Shown here piece by piece: positions 49,406 through 60,130 of a DNA stretch of 64,000 bases (its first letter is position 1; each line of letters starts with the position of its first letter). This DNA comes from Mustelus asterias (Eukaryota). Both the position numbers and the translations under genes were made by a program. Under the pieces are notes generated by a model. The model was given only the letters and a program-made list of their open reading frames with translations. It had not been told where the DNA came from and searched no databases. The stretch covers positions 9,734,001 to 9,798,000 of the forward strand of contig NC_135830.1 in assembly GCF_964213995.1 (NCBI RefSeq), read 5' to 3'.

Positions 49406-50843
49406 TAGAACATAGAACATAGAACATTACAGCGCAGAACAGGCCCTTCGGCCCACGATGTTGCACCGACCAGTTAAAAAAAAACTGTGACCCTCCAACC
49501 TAAACCAATTTCTTTTCGTCCATGAACCTATCTACGGATCTCTTAAACGCCCCCAAACTAGGCGCATTTACTACTGATGCTGGCAGGGCATTCCAATCCC
49601 TCACCACCCTCTGGGTAAAGAACCTACCCCTGACATCGGTTCTATAACTACCCCCCCTCAATTTAAAGCCATGCCCCCTCGTGCTGGATTTCTCCATCAG
49701 AGGAAAAAGGCTATCACTATCCACCCTATCTAAACCTCTAATCATCTTATATGTTTCAATAAGATCCCCTCTTAGCCGCCGCCTTTCCAGCGAAAACAAT
49801 CCCAAATCCCTCAGCCTCTCCTCATAGGATCTCCCCTCCATACCAGGCAACATCCTGGTAAACCTCCTCTGCACCCTCTCCAAAGCCTCCACATCCTTCC
49901 TGTAATGTGGGGACCAGAACTGCACACAGTACTCCAAGTGCGGCCGCACCAGAGTTGTGTACAGTTGCAACATAACGCTACGACTCCTAAATTCAATCCC
50001 CCTACCAATAAACGCCAAGACACCATATGCCTTCTTAACAACCTTATCTACTTGATTCCCAACTTTCAGGGATCTATGCACACATACACCTAGATCCCTC
50101 TGCTCCTCCACACTATTCAAAGTCCTCCCGTTAGCCCTATACTCAACACATCTGTTATTCCTACCAAAGTGAATTACCTCACACTTCTCCGCATTAAACT
50201 CCATCCGCCACCTCTCGGCCCAACTTTGCAACCTGTCTAAGTCTTCCTGCAAACTACGACACCCTTCCTCACTGTCTACCACACCACCGACTTTGGTGTC
50301 ATCAGCAAATTTGCTAATCCACCCAACTATACCCTCATCCAGATCATTAATAAATATTACAAACAGCAGTGGCCCCAAAACAGATCCCTGAGGTACACCA
50401 CTTGTAACCGCACTCCATGATGAATATTTACTATCAACCACCACCCTCTGTTTCCTATCCGCTAGCCAATTCCTGATCCAATTTCCTAGATCACCCCCAA
50501 TCCCATACATCTGCATTTTCTGCAGAAGCCTACCATGGTGAACCTTATCAAACGCCTTACTAAAATCCATATATACCACGTCCACTGCCTTGCCCCCATC
50601 CACCTCCTTGGTCACTTTCTCAAAAAACTCAATAAGGTTAGTAAGGCACGACCTACCTGCCACAAAACCATGCTGACTATCACCTATCAATTCATTACTC
50701 TCCAAATAACTATAAATCCTATCCCTTATAATTTTTTCCAACATCTTGCCGACAACAGAAGTGAGACTCACCGGTCTATAATTCCCGGGGAAGTCTCTGT
50801 TCCCCTTCTTAAACAATGGGACAACATTCGCTAACCTCCAATC
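49406..50843 (-). mobile_element. 5'-truncated CR1 LINE, different subfamily (uninterrupted RT)
   Basis: ORF 49500..50816 NYRPVSLTS..DFSKAFDKV..FADD; (TTCTATG)n tail at 49406. Confidence 0.93.
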
Positions 50844-51619
50844 TTACTGACTTCTTCACAGTGCCGTGTCCATTATGAAATTAAATGATGAAAGGAAGCG
50901 AAACAAAGAAGTGAAATATTGCACAGTCACATCAGTCTTCTGTGGCAAAGAGTTCCAACAGATTCACCACTCTCTGGCTGAAGAAATTCCTCCTAATCTC
51001 TGTTTTAAAGGATCGTCCCTTTAGCCTGAGGTTGTGCCCTGGAGTATTCCGGTTAACACACTGGAATACTCCCTTGGCCCTTTAGGATAATGTCACTGCA
51101 GTATATGGGATCTGCAGAAACATTCAATTAAATTCTACCAGCCACCTGGTATGCTTAACTGTGGAAACCCTTTTCCATTAAGGTCTCAGATTACTACAGC
51201 AGATATGCATTGTTCTGACTCGACCAGCCGGGCTGTGGAATTAATTGGATAGATCTTCCAGAGAGCCAGCAGAGACATAATGGGCCAAATGGTTTCTATT
51301 TATGCTGTATCATTCTCTAAAACAGTGAATATTCAGTATCAGGGAGAGAGAGAAGAACCAGTGACTGTGCGATTGAACCCAGCCAGAATCAGCACCATAA
51401 AAGGAGTGAGAGGGGAAACGGTATAAAAGCTTTGAAACCATTGCATGGTCCTGCAGCAGAACTTTGAGAAATGGAGCACAGCAATGTACCAATTCTCAAT
51501 ATTTCATTAATTTACCTCAAATGCTTACAACGTTATTATGAATTAATTGCATGAGGTTTCAATGGCGGTTATTACCCAGCATTCGCTGCGGGTGTGACAG
51601 TGCCCTATTCACTGCACAG

Positions 51620-51930
51620 GAGCCCGGTGCGCAAGCGCGGTGCTGTATCTAGCGCATGCGCAGTGTCACTTTGCTCGGAGCCCTGCGAGTGCGGGAGACG
51701 CTTGTTTCAAGGGGTGAGAATCGGTGGGGCGGAGGGAGGAATGGAACCGGGAGTCGGGGTGGGGAGGGAGTAGAGGCTTCACAAACATCTGCTGTAGGGC
51801 GCCAGGCCTGAATAAGAGCCTTCCGGTCCCGGGTTTGCAGCTCCGGGGAATTTATCCGGGATCAGACCCAGTGCCGCGGCCGCCATCTTTGTTTAGCGGG
51901 GAGCAGAGCGCATGCGCGGCCAGTGGGCGG
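51620..51930 (+). promoter_or_regulatory. Promoter and non-coding first exon of ZNF-A'
   Basis: GCGCATGCGCA NRF1 (~51652, ~51907), donor GTGAGA at 51714, YY1 CCGCCATCTT (~51880); inverted paralog of 16125-16520. Confidence 0.72.
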
Positions 51931-52627
51931 AGCTTCAGGATTTGGGTGACCAGGAGAGACAATGTTTGAGTCATTGACTGACAGGCCGGGTTAATGGATG
52001 CTGCCTTTCACCTTCTCAATTTGCAGCGGCTGCTCGCCGTCTTTTATACATTTTAATCATACAGACATTAGCGGTTACTTCGTTGTTAGCTTTGGGTGGT
52101 TACCTGTATTGAGACAATTGTCCTCCCCGAGCAACAATTGACCTCCAATCACATTCCTTCAAAAACAACCGTTAACAAAAACCCACAAGTTTCGGTTCCG
52201 CTTTATCTTAAGCTCAGCGGACCATCTGGACCTCGCGGTCTGGTTTTTTTTGGCTATTCCGTTTTTTTAATACAAGAACAGGATGTAGCTCCAAGGTTAG
52301 TTTGTTATTTAGTCAGCAACAGGATGATCTTTGTTAACCACAGGATAAGTGCTGGGCGCAGCCGGTCCCGTACGCATTAACTTTCAAAGGTCGCAGTCTT
52401 AGTTTCACTCCAACACTCATCTCATTTATCTAAAATCCAATGAGCATAGATGCACCCTGCCTAACCTTTCCTCATAAAACAGACCCCTTCATGCCCGAAA
52501 TCAGCGAGTGAACCTTGTCTGAATTGCTTCCAATGTAAGTATATTCCATCTTAAGTAATCTTATGCTAGAAAACAGGAGGGGAGAATGTTATGGATTTAT
52601 ATTCAGGTCTGACAAATGATTGTTGGA

Positions 52628-52957
52628 GGTGACACAGTGGTTCGCACTTCTGTCTCATAGCGCCAGAGACCCGGTTCAATTCCAGCCTCGGGTGATTGTA
52701 TGGAGTTTGCACATTCCCCCTCTGTCCGTGTGGGTTTCCTCTGGGTGCTCTGGTTTCCTCCCACACTCCAAAAAGTGGGTTGATCGACCATGCTAAATTG
52801 TCCCTTTGTGTCCCAAGATGAGGGGGAAGGAAAGGATTAGTGATGTACGTACATCAGGTTACAGGGATAGGGCCTGAGTAAAGGTGCTCTGTTAGAAACT
52901 TGGTGCAGACTCAATGGGCTAAAAGACCTCCTTCTGCACTGCAGAGATTCTGTGATT
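52628..52957 (+). mobile_element. HE1-like SINE (diverged)
   Basis: GGTGACACAGTGGTT..GGTTCAATTCC head; GGGTTTCCTCTGGGTGCTCTGGTTTCCTCCCAC core. Confidence 0.75.
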
Positions 52958-53130
52958 TTGGAATCTCCTTTTACAGATGGTTAGAAAAAGAGGATTTTTA
53001 CAGCAATCTCAAGCCCCCAAAAAATGTGTATTTCTTAATTTCAAACCACAATTGACACATGACTCTTGTAATCTCCTTTTGCAGGGAGTTAGAGTGGGCC
53101 AAGCCTGAGGCAGCTGTCGTATGTATATTT

Positions 53131-53305
53131 ACAGAGAGAGAATAGACTAACATTTCGAGTCTGGATGACCCTTTGTCAAAACAAGGGTCATCCAGACTTT
53201 AAATGTTGGCTCTACTCTCTCTCCACAGATGCTGTCAGACCTGCTGACATTTTCCAGCATTTTCTGTTTTTGTTTCAGTTTCCAGCATCCGCAATACTTT
53301 GCCTT
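53131..53305. mobile_element. Penelope-like family 2 repeat in inverted (hairpin) arrangement
   Basis: AGTCTGGATGACCCTT..AAGGGTCATCCAGACT inverted halves; similar structure at 56578-56735. Confidence 0.6.
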
Positions 53306-54365
53306 TATATGTATTTATATATCCAAATGTGCAATGTTAACAAAATGGACAGTTACTAACCGAAATATAAAGCATCATGTGATTTAGCTGACTTGACCAT
53401 ATTCCTATAGTTATTCAGTCATTAAAGACACAGTCATGGAGCATTAAACTTGCCGAGCAGGGCCCCTTGTATCAACACACAGGCAGCTGCTTTGTGAGAC
53501 TGCCAGCAGTACAGACAAGTCAGAGATAAGAATGTCCTGAGAAGAGAGATTCATTGTGAAAGCTCAGGGACGGTTGATAAGATGTAGGAATTCTATGATT
53601 CTAATGAACATTCTTTCCTCTCTCGTTCCCCAAAAGCTGTAAATCTCCATCCCACACACTCTCCCTCCATTCTCACTCTGCTGTATCTAATATTCACCCT
53701 CCCAATTCTCCTGAAGGTGCTGATTGAGGCTGATTGACAGATCCATGCTCACTGCTTCCTGTCCACCACACACAAATCATAAGAAACAGGAGCTGCAGTT
53801 GGCCATTCAGCCCATCGAACTGCTTCAACCATTCATTGAGAATTGGCTGATCTACCGCAGCATCATTTCCCACGCTATCCCCCAGATAGAGAGAGAATAG
53901 AGCCAATGTTTCGAGTCTGGAGAGAGGAAAGAATGTTCCATAGAAACTAGAATTGTGTGTTCTGAATTTCTATCCTGTACTGACACTGATGACTTTTGTA
54001 AACTTGTTTTACAGGATATTGGAAGAGGAATCACAGGCCGAAATCTCAACCGTCACGTCTAGATCTGACAGAGTCATATTCCTTGGGACCTGAATATCAT
54101 CGGCCTTTGAATCCAGAAGGAGAAATGGTTGTTTGGTCTGTCAGTTTGAAAAGATTTCAAACATCAGTGTGACTGGAAAAGCACCAACACACTGCCACAC
54201 TCGAGTGAGAGTGTTCCAATGCACTGACTAAAGAGCTTTAACCAGTTACACAGCCTGAATAAATATCACAACATTCACAGCAGGGAGGGACTGTACTCGT
54301 GTTCTGTGTGTGGACAAGGCTTCAACTGATTGTCCACCCAAGAGAGAGGCGAGGACACCTGTGCC

Positions 54366-55208
54366 ATGGAGAAACCATGGAAATGTGCGGACTGTTGGAA
54401 GAGATACAAAGCCCCATCAGAGCTGGAAGTTCATCGGCGCAGCCACACTGGGGAGAGGCCGTTCATCTGCTCTCAGTGTGAGAAGGGATTCACTCATTTA
54501 TCCAGCCTGCGGACACACCAGCGAGTTCACACGAGGGAGAGACTGTTCACCTGCTCTCAGTGTGAGAAGGGATTCAGTCAGTTATCCGCCCTGCAGAAAC
54601 ACCAGCGAATTCACACTGGGGAGAGGCCGTTCACCTGCTCTCAGTGTGGGAAGGAATTCACTGATTTATCCACCCTGCAGAAACACCAGCGAGTTCACCC
54701 TGGGGAGAGGCCATTCACCTGCCCTCAGTGTGGGAAAGGGTTCAGTCGATTATTTAACCTGCAGATGCACCTGCGTGTTCACACTGGGGAGAGACCATTC
54801 ACCTGCTCTCAGTGTGGGAAGGGATTCAGTCAGTTATCCGGCCTGCAGACGCACCAGCGACTTCACACTGGGGAGACACCGTTCACCTGCTCTCAGTGTG
54901 GGAAGGGATTCACTCGGTTATCTAGCCTGCAGACACACCAGCGACTTCACACTGGGGAGAGACCATTCACCTGCTCTCAGTGTGAGAAGGGGTTCAGTCA
55001 ATTATCTAACCTGCAGATACACCAGCGAGTTCACACTGGGGAGAGGCCGTTCACCTGCTCTCAGTGTGGGAAGGGATTCACTCAGTTATCCAGCCTGAGG
55101 AGACACCAGCGCATTCACACTGGGGAGAGGCCGTTCACCTGCTCTCAGTGTGGGAAGGGATTCAGAGTTTCATCAACCCTGCTGAGACACCAACAAGTTC
55201 ACGAGTGA
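54366..55208 (+). CDS. Tandem C2H2 zinc-finger protein, 10 fingers (ZNF-A')
   Basis: Intact ORF, MEKPWKC start (GCCATGG); acceptor TTTTACAG at 54014; UTRs closely match ZNF-A. Confidence 0.92.
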   Translation: MEKPWKCADCWKRYKAPSELEVHRRSHTGERPFICSQCEKGFTHLSSLRTHQRVHTRERLFTCSQCEKGFSQLSALQKHQRIHTGERPFTCSQCGKEFTDLSTLQKHQRVHPGERPFTCPQCGKGFSRLFNLQMHLRVHTGERPFTCSQCGKGFSQLSGLQTHQRLHTGETPFTCSQCGKGFTRLSSLQTHQRLHTGERPFTCSQCEKGFSQLSNLQIHQRVHTGERPFTCSQCGKGFTQLSSLRRHQRIHTGERPFTCSQCGKGFRVSSTLLRHQQVHE

Positions 55209-56577
55209 TTCCAGGGGTTGGATTCTGCTGTTATTGTTTCTGCTCTCAATTACATCCAGGACTGCATTTTGTTCATTCTCACAGTTGGTCAATGGGGAGG
55301 GTCGGAGGGTTTCTTTCTGCTGGACTGGCCGGTCTCATGACTTTGCCTCCAGTGGGCTGATGCTCTTTGCGTCTTGTTGCGAATACCTGGTTTCAGATTT
55401 CACAAGGATCACAGAGTGACAGGGTGTGAGGAAGTTCAGAGATATTTAGTCAGCATTTCTGTTTGAAACGCCCCAAATGCCCATCCAATTTCCTTTGTAA
55501 TTGTTTATTGTCTCCACTTCCTCCACCCTCATAGGCAGCGAGTTCCAGGTCATTACCATTCGCTGCATCAAAATATTCTTCCTCACATCCCCCCTTCCTC
55601 TCTGACCCAAAACCTTAAATCTGTGCCCCCCTCGTCCTTGTCCCAACAGCTAATGGGAACAGCTTTTTTTTGTCCACCTTATCTAAACCTGTCAGAATCT
55701 TGTCCACCTCTATCAAATCTCCCCTCAACCTCCTTTGCTCCAAGAGGAACAACCCCAGCCTGACATTGACAATAAAGAACAAACTAACAGAATATGTTAC
55801 TGTCTGAAATCAAATGGGAATGTTTAATTTCTGTTTTAAAGATATTGTGAATATATTGTCCTGGACAATAAGGGAATTGGAATAACTCACCTTGGGTGTG
55901 GTTGAATGGAATATATCAATCTGGTATCCACTTACAATCTCCCTCCCTAACAGCACTGTGGATGTACTTACACCTCAGGCATTGTAACAGTTCAGGAAGG
56001 CAGTGTTGGGGTTGACCACGGCCGAGGCAGCTACATACAGCCACATATTCTGTTATAATTGAAGGACTGCAGATTGAATGTGAGGCATTCTGGGACTGGA
56101 CTATCTTGACCACATTTCTGTGACTGCTCAGTTTCTGCAATCACGGACCATTAAAGCTGCTTAGCAGGGCCCCGACAGAGGACCTGGTGAGAATATTTAC
56201 TCAGAATGAGTTAGAATTAAATTTATTCCAGGATCGGCAGGTGTTCAGCAGCTGAGATTCCTGAATCTGTAAAAAGGGGGTCCGACCAAACAGTACTAGG
56301 TAGTTGGTTAAGAAGTTAAAAAGCATTCTGAACCATTGCTTAACCTATCGTCAATTTGTGATAAGAACTGTGAGGGATTTGTGACCCGATATTTGGTGAA
56401 GTGATGGTATACTCCAAGTAGCACTGGACTCAAAACCAGATCTCTGAGAGTAGATTCTAACAGTTATAATCCTACCCAAGCATGGTCAGTGAAAAATCAG
56501 AGCTCGAGTGGGGACTGGACAGGTCTCTTACCTGCCATTTGGAAACTAAGAACAAGAAGCTTATAGATAAAATGATT

Positions 56578-56735
56578 AGAGAATAGAGCCAACGTTTCGA
56601 TTCTGGATGACACTTTGTCAGACTCATCCAGACTCAAAACATTGGCACTATTCTCTCTCCAAAGATGCTGCCAGACCTGCTGAGATCTTCCAGCATTTTC
56701 TGTTTTTGTTTCAGATTCCAGCATCCGCAGTAGTT
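56578..56735. mobile_element. Penelope-like family 2 repeat, inverted arrangement
   Basis: GAATAGAGCCAACGTTTCG..TCTGGATGA / TCATCCAGA..AACATTGGC.CTATTC. Confidence 0.6.
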
Positions 56736-57659
56736 TACTTATATGATAAAATGATTAGTTCTGATTGGAATCCCCACGACCCTCCCGCAAAACAGAGGGA
56801 GTGGTGGCAAAAGGAGAAAAAGGATAAGGATGATAAAGTCTGGGTTCTGATTCTCCGAGCCCATGTAGACTTAACAAAATGAGTGAACCAGTTTATAAAG
56901 AATGGAAGTTACCAATCCCAACAATAACTGATCAAATTAAAATAATTAGGTTGATGAATATAACAAAAAACATGGGTGAAGTTTAAAATCAAGTTTGTTT
57001 TGTTGTTTGGGAAGTTTTTAAAACTTGTGTAAAGTGTCAAGTTTATTTCTGCTCACTCGCCACCCCTTTCGGTTCTGTAGAAAAGTTAACCCTTTCAGCA
57101 GACAGTTGATTTGTTTTTAAATTGCCAGGAAACTCGTGTCTATTTTAGTTTATAATTGAAGATTTATGGGAATTGGCTAAGATGGTCTTTTGACATTTTT
57201 AAAGTATAAAAAAGTGGTCTTGAGAAGGCAATTTGGTAGAGAGAGGTGGAGGGAGAGATGTTTACAGAGAGGTGTGGAGAGCTGTTGGTTTTACAAGTTA
57301 TCCATGTTTTTGGAGCGGTCACTTCATGTCCTGGTCTGAGAGGGATGGAGAGAAGTCTGTTCAATTGTTAATGTTAAGCTTTCTCTATTAACTGTTAATC
57401 GACACTTTGCTTTTTATCTTTCTGACTTGTTACATTTTTAATGGTTAATAAACTTTCTAATTTCACCATTTGAAGCTTTCTTTCTTGCCATATGGTTAAG
57501 TCGCTGGAACCTGGTGTGATTTACGATTAGGGAGGTTATTGCAAACAAGAGAACCCCCATAAATCTTCATTCAAATAAATCAAAGTTCTTACAAATGGAA
57601 TGTTATCCTTTATTATGAGAGAAATTGAACATGGAAGTAAAGATATTATGCTTCAGTTT

Positions 57660-58050
57660 CAGCAAGAAGTCTCACAACACCAGGTTAAAGTCCAACAGGT
57701 TTATTTGGTAGCACAAGCCACAAGCTTTCGGAACAGGCTGTTCCTTCATCAGGTGAGTGGGAGTTCGGTTCACAAACAGGGCAAAAGAAAACACAAACTC
57801 AATTTACAAAATAATGGTTGGAATGCGAGACCAGGCAAGTCGTGGGGGTTACAGATAGTGTGATATGAACCCAAGATCCCAGTTGAGGCTGTCCTCATGT
57901 GTGCGGAACTTGGCTATCAGTCTCTGCTCAGCGACTCTGCGCTGTCGTGTGTCGCGAAGGCCGCCTTGGAGAACGCTTACCCGAAGATCAGAGGCCGAAC
58001 GCCCGTGACTGCCTAAGTGTTCCCCAACAGGAAGAGAACACTCTTGCCTG
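57660..58050 (-). mobile_element. 5'-truncated Penelope-like element: GIY-YIG C-terminus followed by terminal repeat with hammerhead
   Basis: PVGEHLGSHGRSASDLRVSVLQG..RRVAEQRLIAKFRTHEDSLN then family 1 repeat. Confidence 0.85.
57719..57755 (-). ncRNA. Minimal hammerhead ribozyme motif
   Basis: CAC CTGATGA A GGAACA-GCC-TGTTCC GAA AGCT T GTG on minus strand. Confidence 0.78.
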
Positions 58051-58199
58051 GTGAGGCACAGGAATCCCAGCGAGAGCAGCATTCAACAAGCCCCAGCCGA
58101 GACAAAAAGTTCTTACACAAGTCACGAACCCAAGCACTTGAAACAGAAACTTCACGCCGACCAAGGCGTTCCTCCCAGCGGCCACATTTCCAAAAGCTC

Positions 58200-58640
58200 A
58201 CCGCAAGGCGCGCATAACTCCCAGTCAGGAGGAAGCTTGAGTCTGTCTGATGCCCCATCTTCATTCACGCAAAAAGCCACGCTCTCATTGGCTGGAAGAC
58301 CTGAGGCCTTCCGGTCCTCCAATTCTTTTCATTGGCCAGAGCTGGTGAGGGGCGGTGAATCAAACGTACGCCTGTGCGGGTGTTGGGGGGAATGTGCGGG
58401 TGTGGGGCGGGGCCCGGGACAAAGCCGGCGCACTGACCATTGTCTGTCCGGGTCTTCCAGCCTTTCCCATTGGACAACAGCTCAGCGTGGCTGGAGGGCA
58501 AAGTCCCGCCCACCCCCACGTGGGGCTCCGCCCCTCATTTTCCATCTACGGGGGATTGACCAATGGGAACTCTGGAGGACCGGAAGGACTCTGCTCCTCC
58601 AGCCAATCAGAGCTCCCCATTGTCTGAATGCGGAAGTGGA
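58200..58640. promoter_or_regulatory. CCAAT/GC-box-rich promoter-like region (target gene not identified)
   Basis: About six CCAAT/ATTGG boxes, several GGGCGG, CGGAAGT ETS site; candidate minus-strand donor GTGAG at ~58201. Confidence 0.55.
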
Positions 58641-58819
58641 CAATGAGCTTGTTCAGCTGCTCATTCCTGCCCTGCAAAGCTGCTGCTGCTCGCTCTCTGA
58701 ATGAAGATTGCGTACAGACAGCCTGAAACGTGCCTCCTCTCGACAACACCTACATTCTGTTTCTGAGGTGAAGTGGATTCACGTTCGCCCGTGTAGCGGA
58801 AGGCCCCGCGTCAGAACCA

Positions 58820-60130
58820 GGCGGAAACTTTGGGTTTGTTTTCTTTTTTTTTGTGAGTAACTTTATTTTGCAGTTTTTGCTCACAGAGACGCCCGGTTTT
58901 TGTGTTGTTTTTGTTTGTTTGTTTTTCGTTCCCTGCGGGGAGGAAGGAGGGAGGTGAGCTGCTGCCTGCCTGTCGCCTGGCCTGCCTGTCGCCTGGCCTG
59001 CCTGTCGCCCGGCCTGCCGGCCTGCCTGCCGGTCCAACGTCCCGCCCTTCCTACCAAGTGAGCTCCTCCTCCCCCACCTCCATCTACTGGGGGAGGTCAG
59101 GTCCGGGGTGCAGCCGATCCCGCTCGGCCTTCGGGACCCCTCCCTCCGCCACATATACTCCTTCCGGCGCCAGGTTTTTGTCCGCCTGGCCCGGGAGGAG
59201 GAACTGGAGGGAGGGTTCAATGTCCCCCACGAGGGGACCACGTACCGGGTCTTTTGGTCCGTGGACGGTGTGCGGTGCCATGCCTGTAAGGAGGCGGGGC
59301 ACGTGAGAAAAACTGCCCCGTCTCCAAGGCCGCCGACCGCCAACCCAAGGCGGCCGCAGCTGGCACCGCAGCCCCCTCTCCCCCCAAACGAGTACCATCT
59401 GCCCCCCCGCGAGGGGAGGCCACGCCGGCAGCAGCTGTCACCTCAGCTGCCGGCAGGGGGGGGAGCGGAGCCTCCGCGTGGCCAAAAGGCCCAGAAGGGC
59501 ACAACAAAAAAGGGGGGGACCGGAACCCCAGCCCCCAAGAAAGACACCCCAACCACCCCGGCAGCCAGCTCGGGGACCACCTCAGTCTCCACCTGCGCCC
59601 GCCCCCCCCCCCCCCCCCCCACCATCTGCCGGGCCCGTGGGCTCTCCGGGGCCTAGTGCTGGGTCTGGCGCCCGGGATCATGGGCCCGAGCATGGGGGGG
59701 TAAGCGACCCCGAGCCGGCAAAACTGGCGACACCGCCACCTCGGGGGGACGTGACGGGAGAGCAGGGGGGGCGCGGCAAGGTGAAGAGGGGCGGAGGGTG
59801 AGGGGCCTCACCTGCCGAGGGCAGGTTAACAAAAAGAGGCGGGGCCCCTCGGGCACCATTGAGTTTGAGGTCTGCGTGCCCCTCCCGCCTTGTGAATCAT
59901 TTCCTGCCGTGCCCCCACCTGTCTTTGTGCCTTGTCCCCAGAAAAAAGGGGGCAAGGCACAGCACAAAACTAAACGCGTGCTGCCTCAGTCCCCCGGCGA
60001 GGAGTCCCCGGGGCCGGGTGGCAGCAGGGCCCCCACGGCTCTGTTCCACCCGGTCGATTACAACCTGGACTTCTTCTTTAGCATGTCGGGGGACTGGGGC
60101 AACACCCCAATGTTCGTGTCCCTATCATCA
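58820..60130 (+). mobile_element. Tx1/L1-clade non-LTR retrotransposon ORF1 fragment (CCHC zinc knuckle)
   Basis: PIPLGLRDPSLRHIYSFRRQVFV..YRVFWS.DGVRCHACKEAGHVRK then frameshift before the last Cys; Pro-rich tail; boundaries uncertain. Confidence 0.7.

Noticed and set aside
54327-54329. Conserved in-frame TGA as selenocysteine
   Set aside because: It sits at a helix position rather than a Cys ligand, the upstream frames are broken by indels, and no SECIS was recognised
54310-55098. Long alternative-frame ORFs overlapping ZNF genes (also 11978..12517)
   Set aside because: Typical shadow frames of 84-bp C2H2 repeats; no independent evidence of coding
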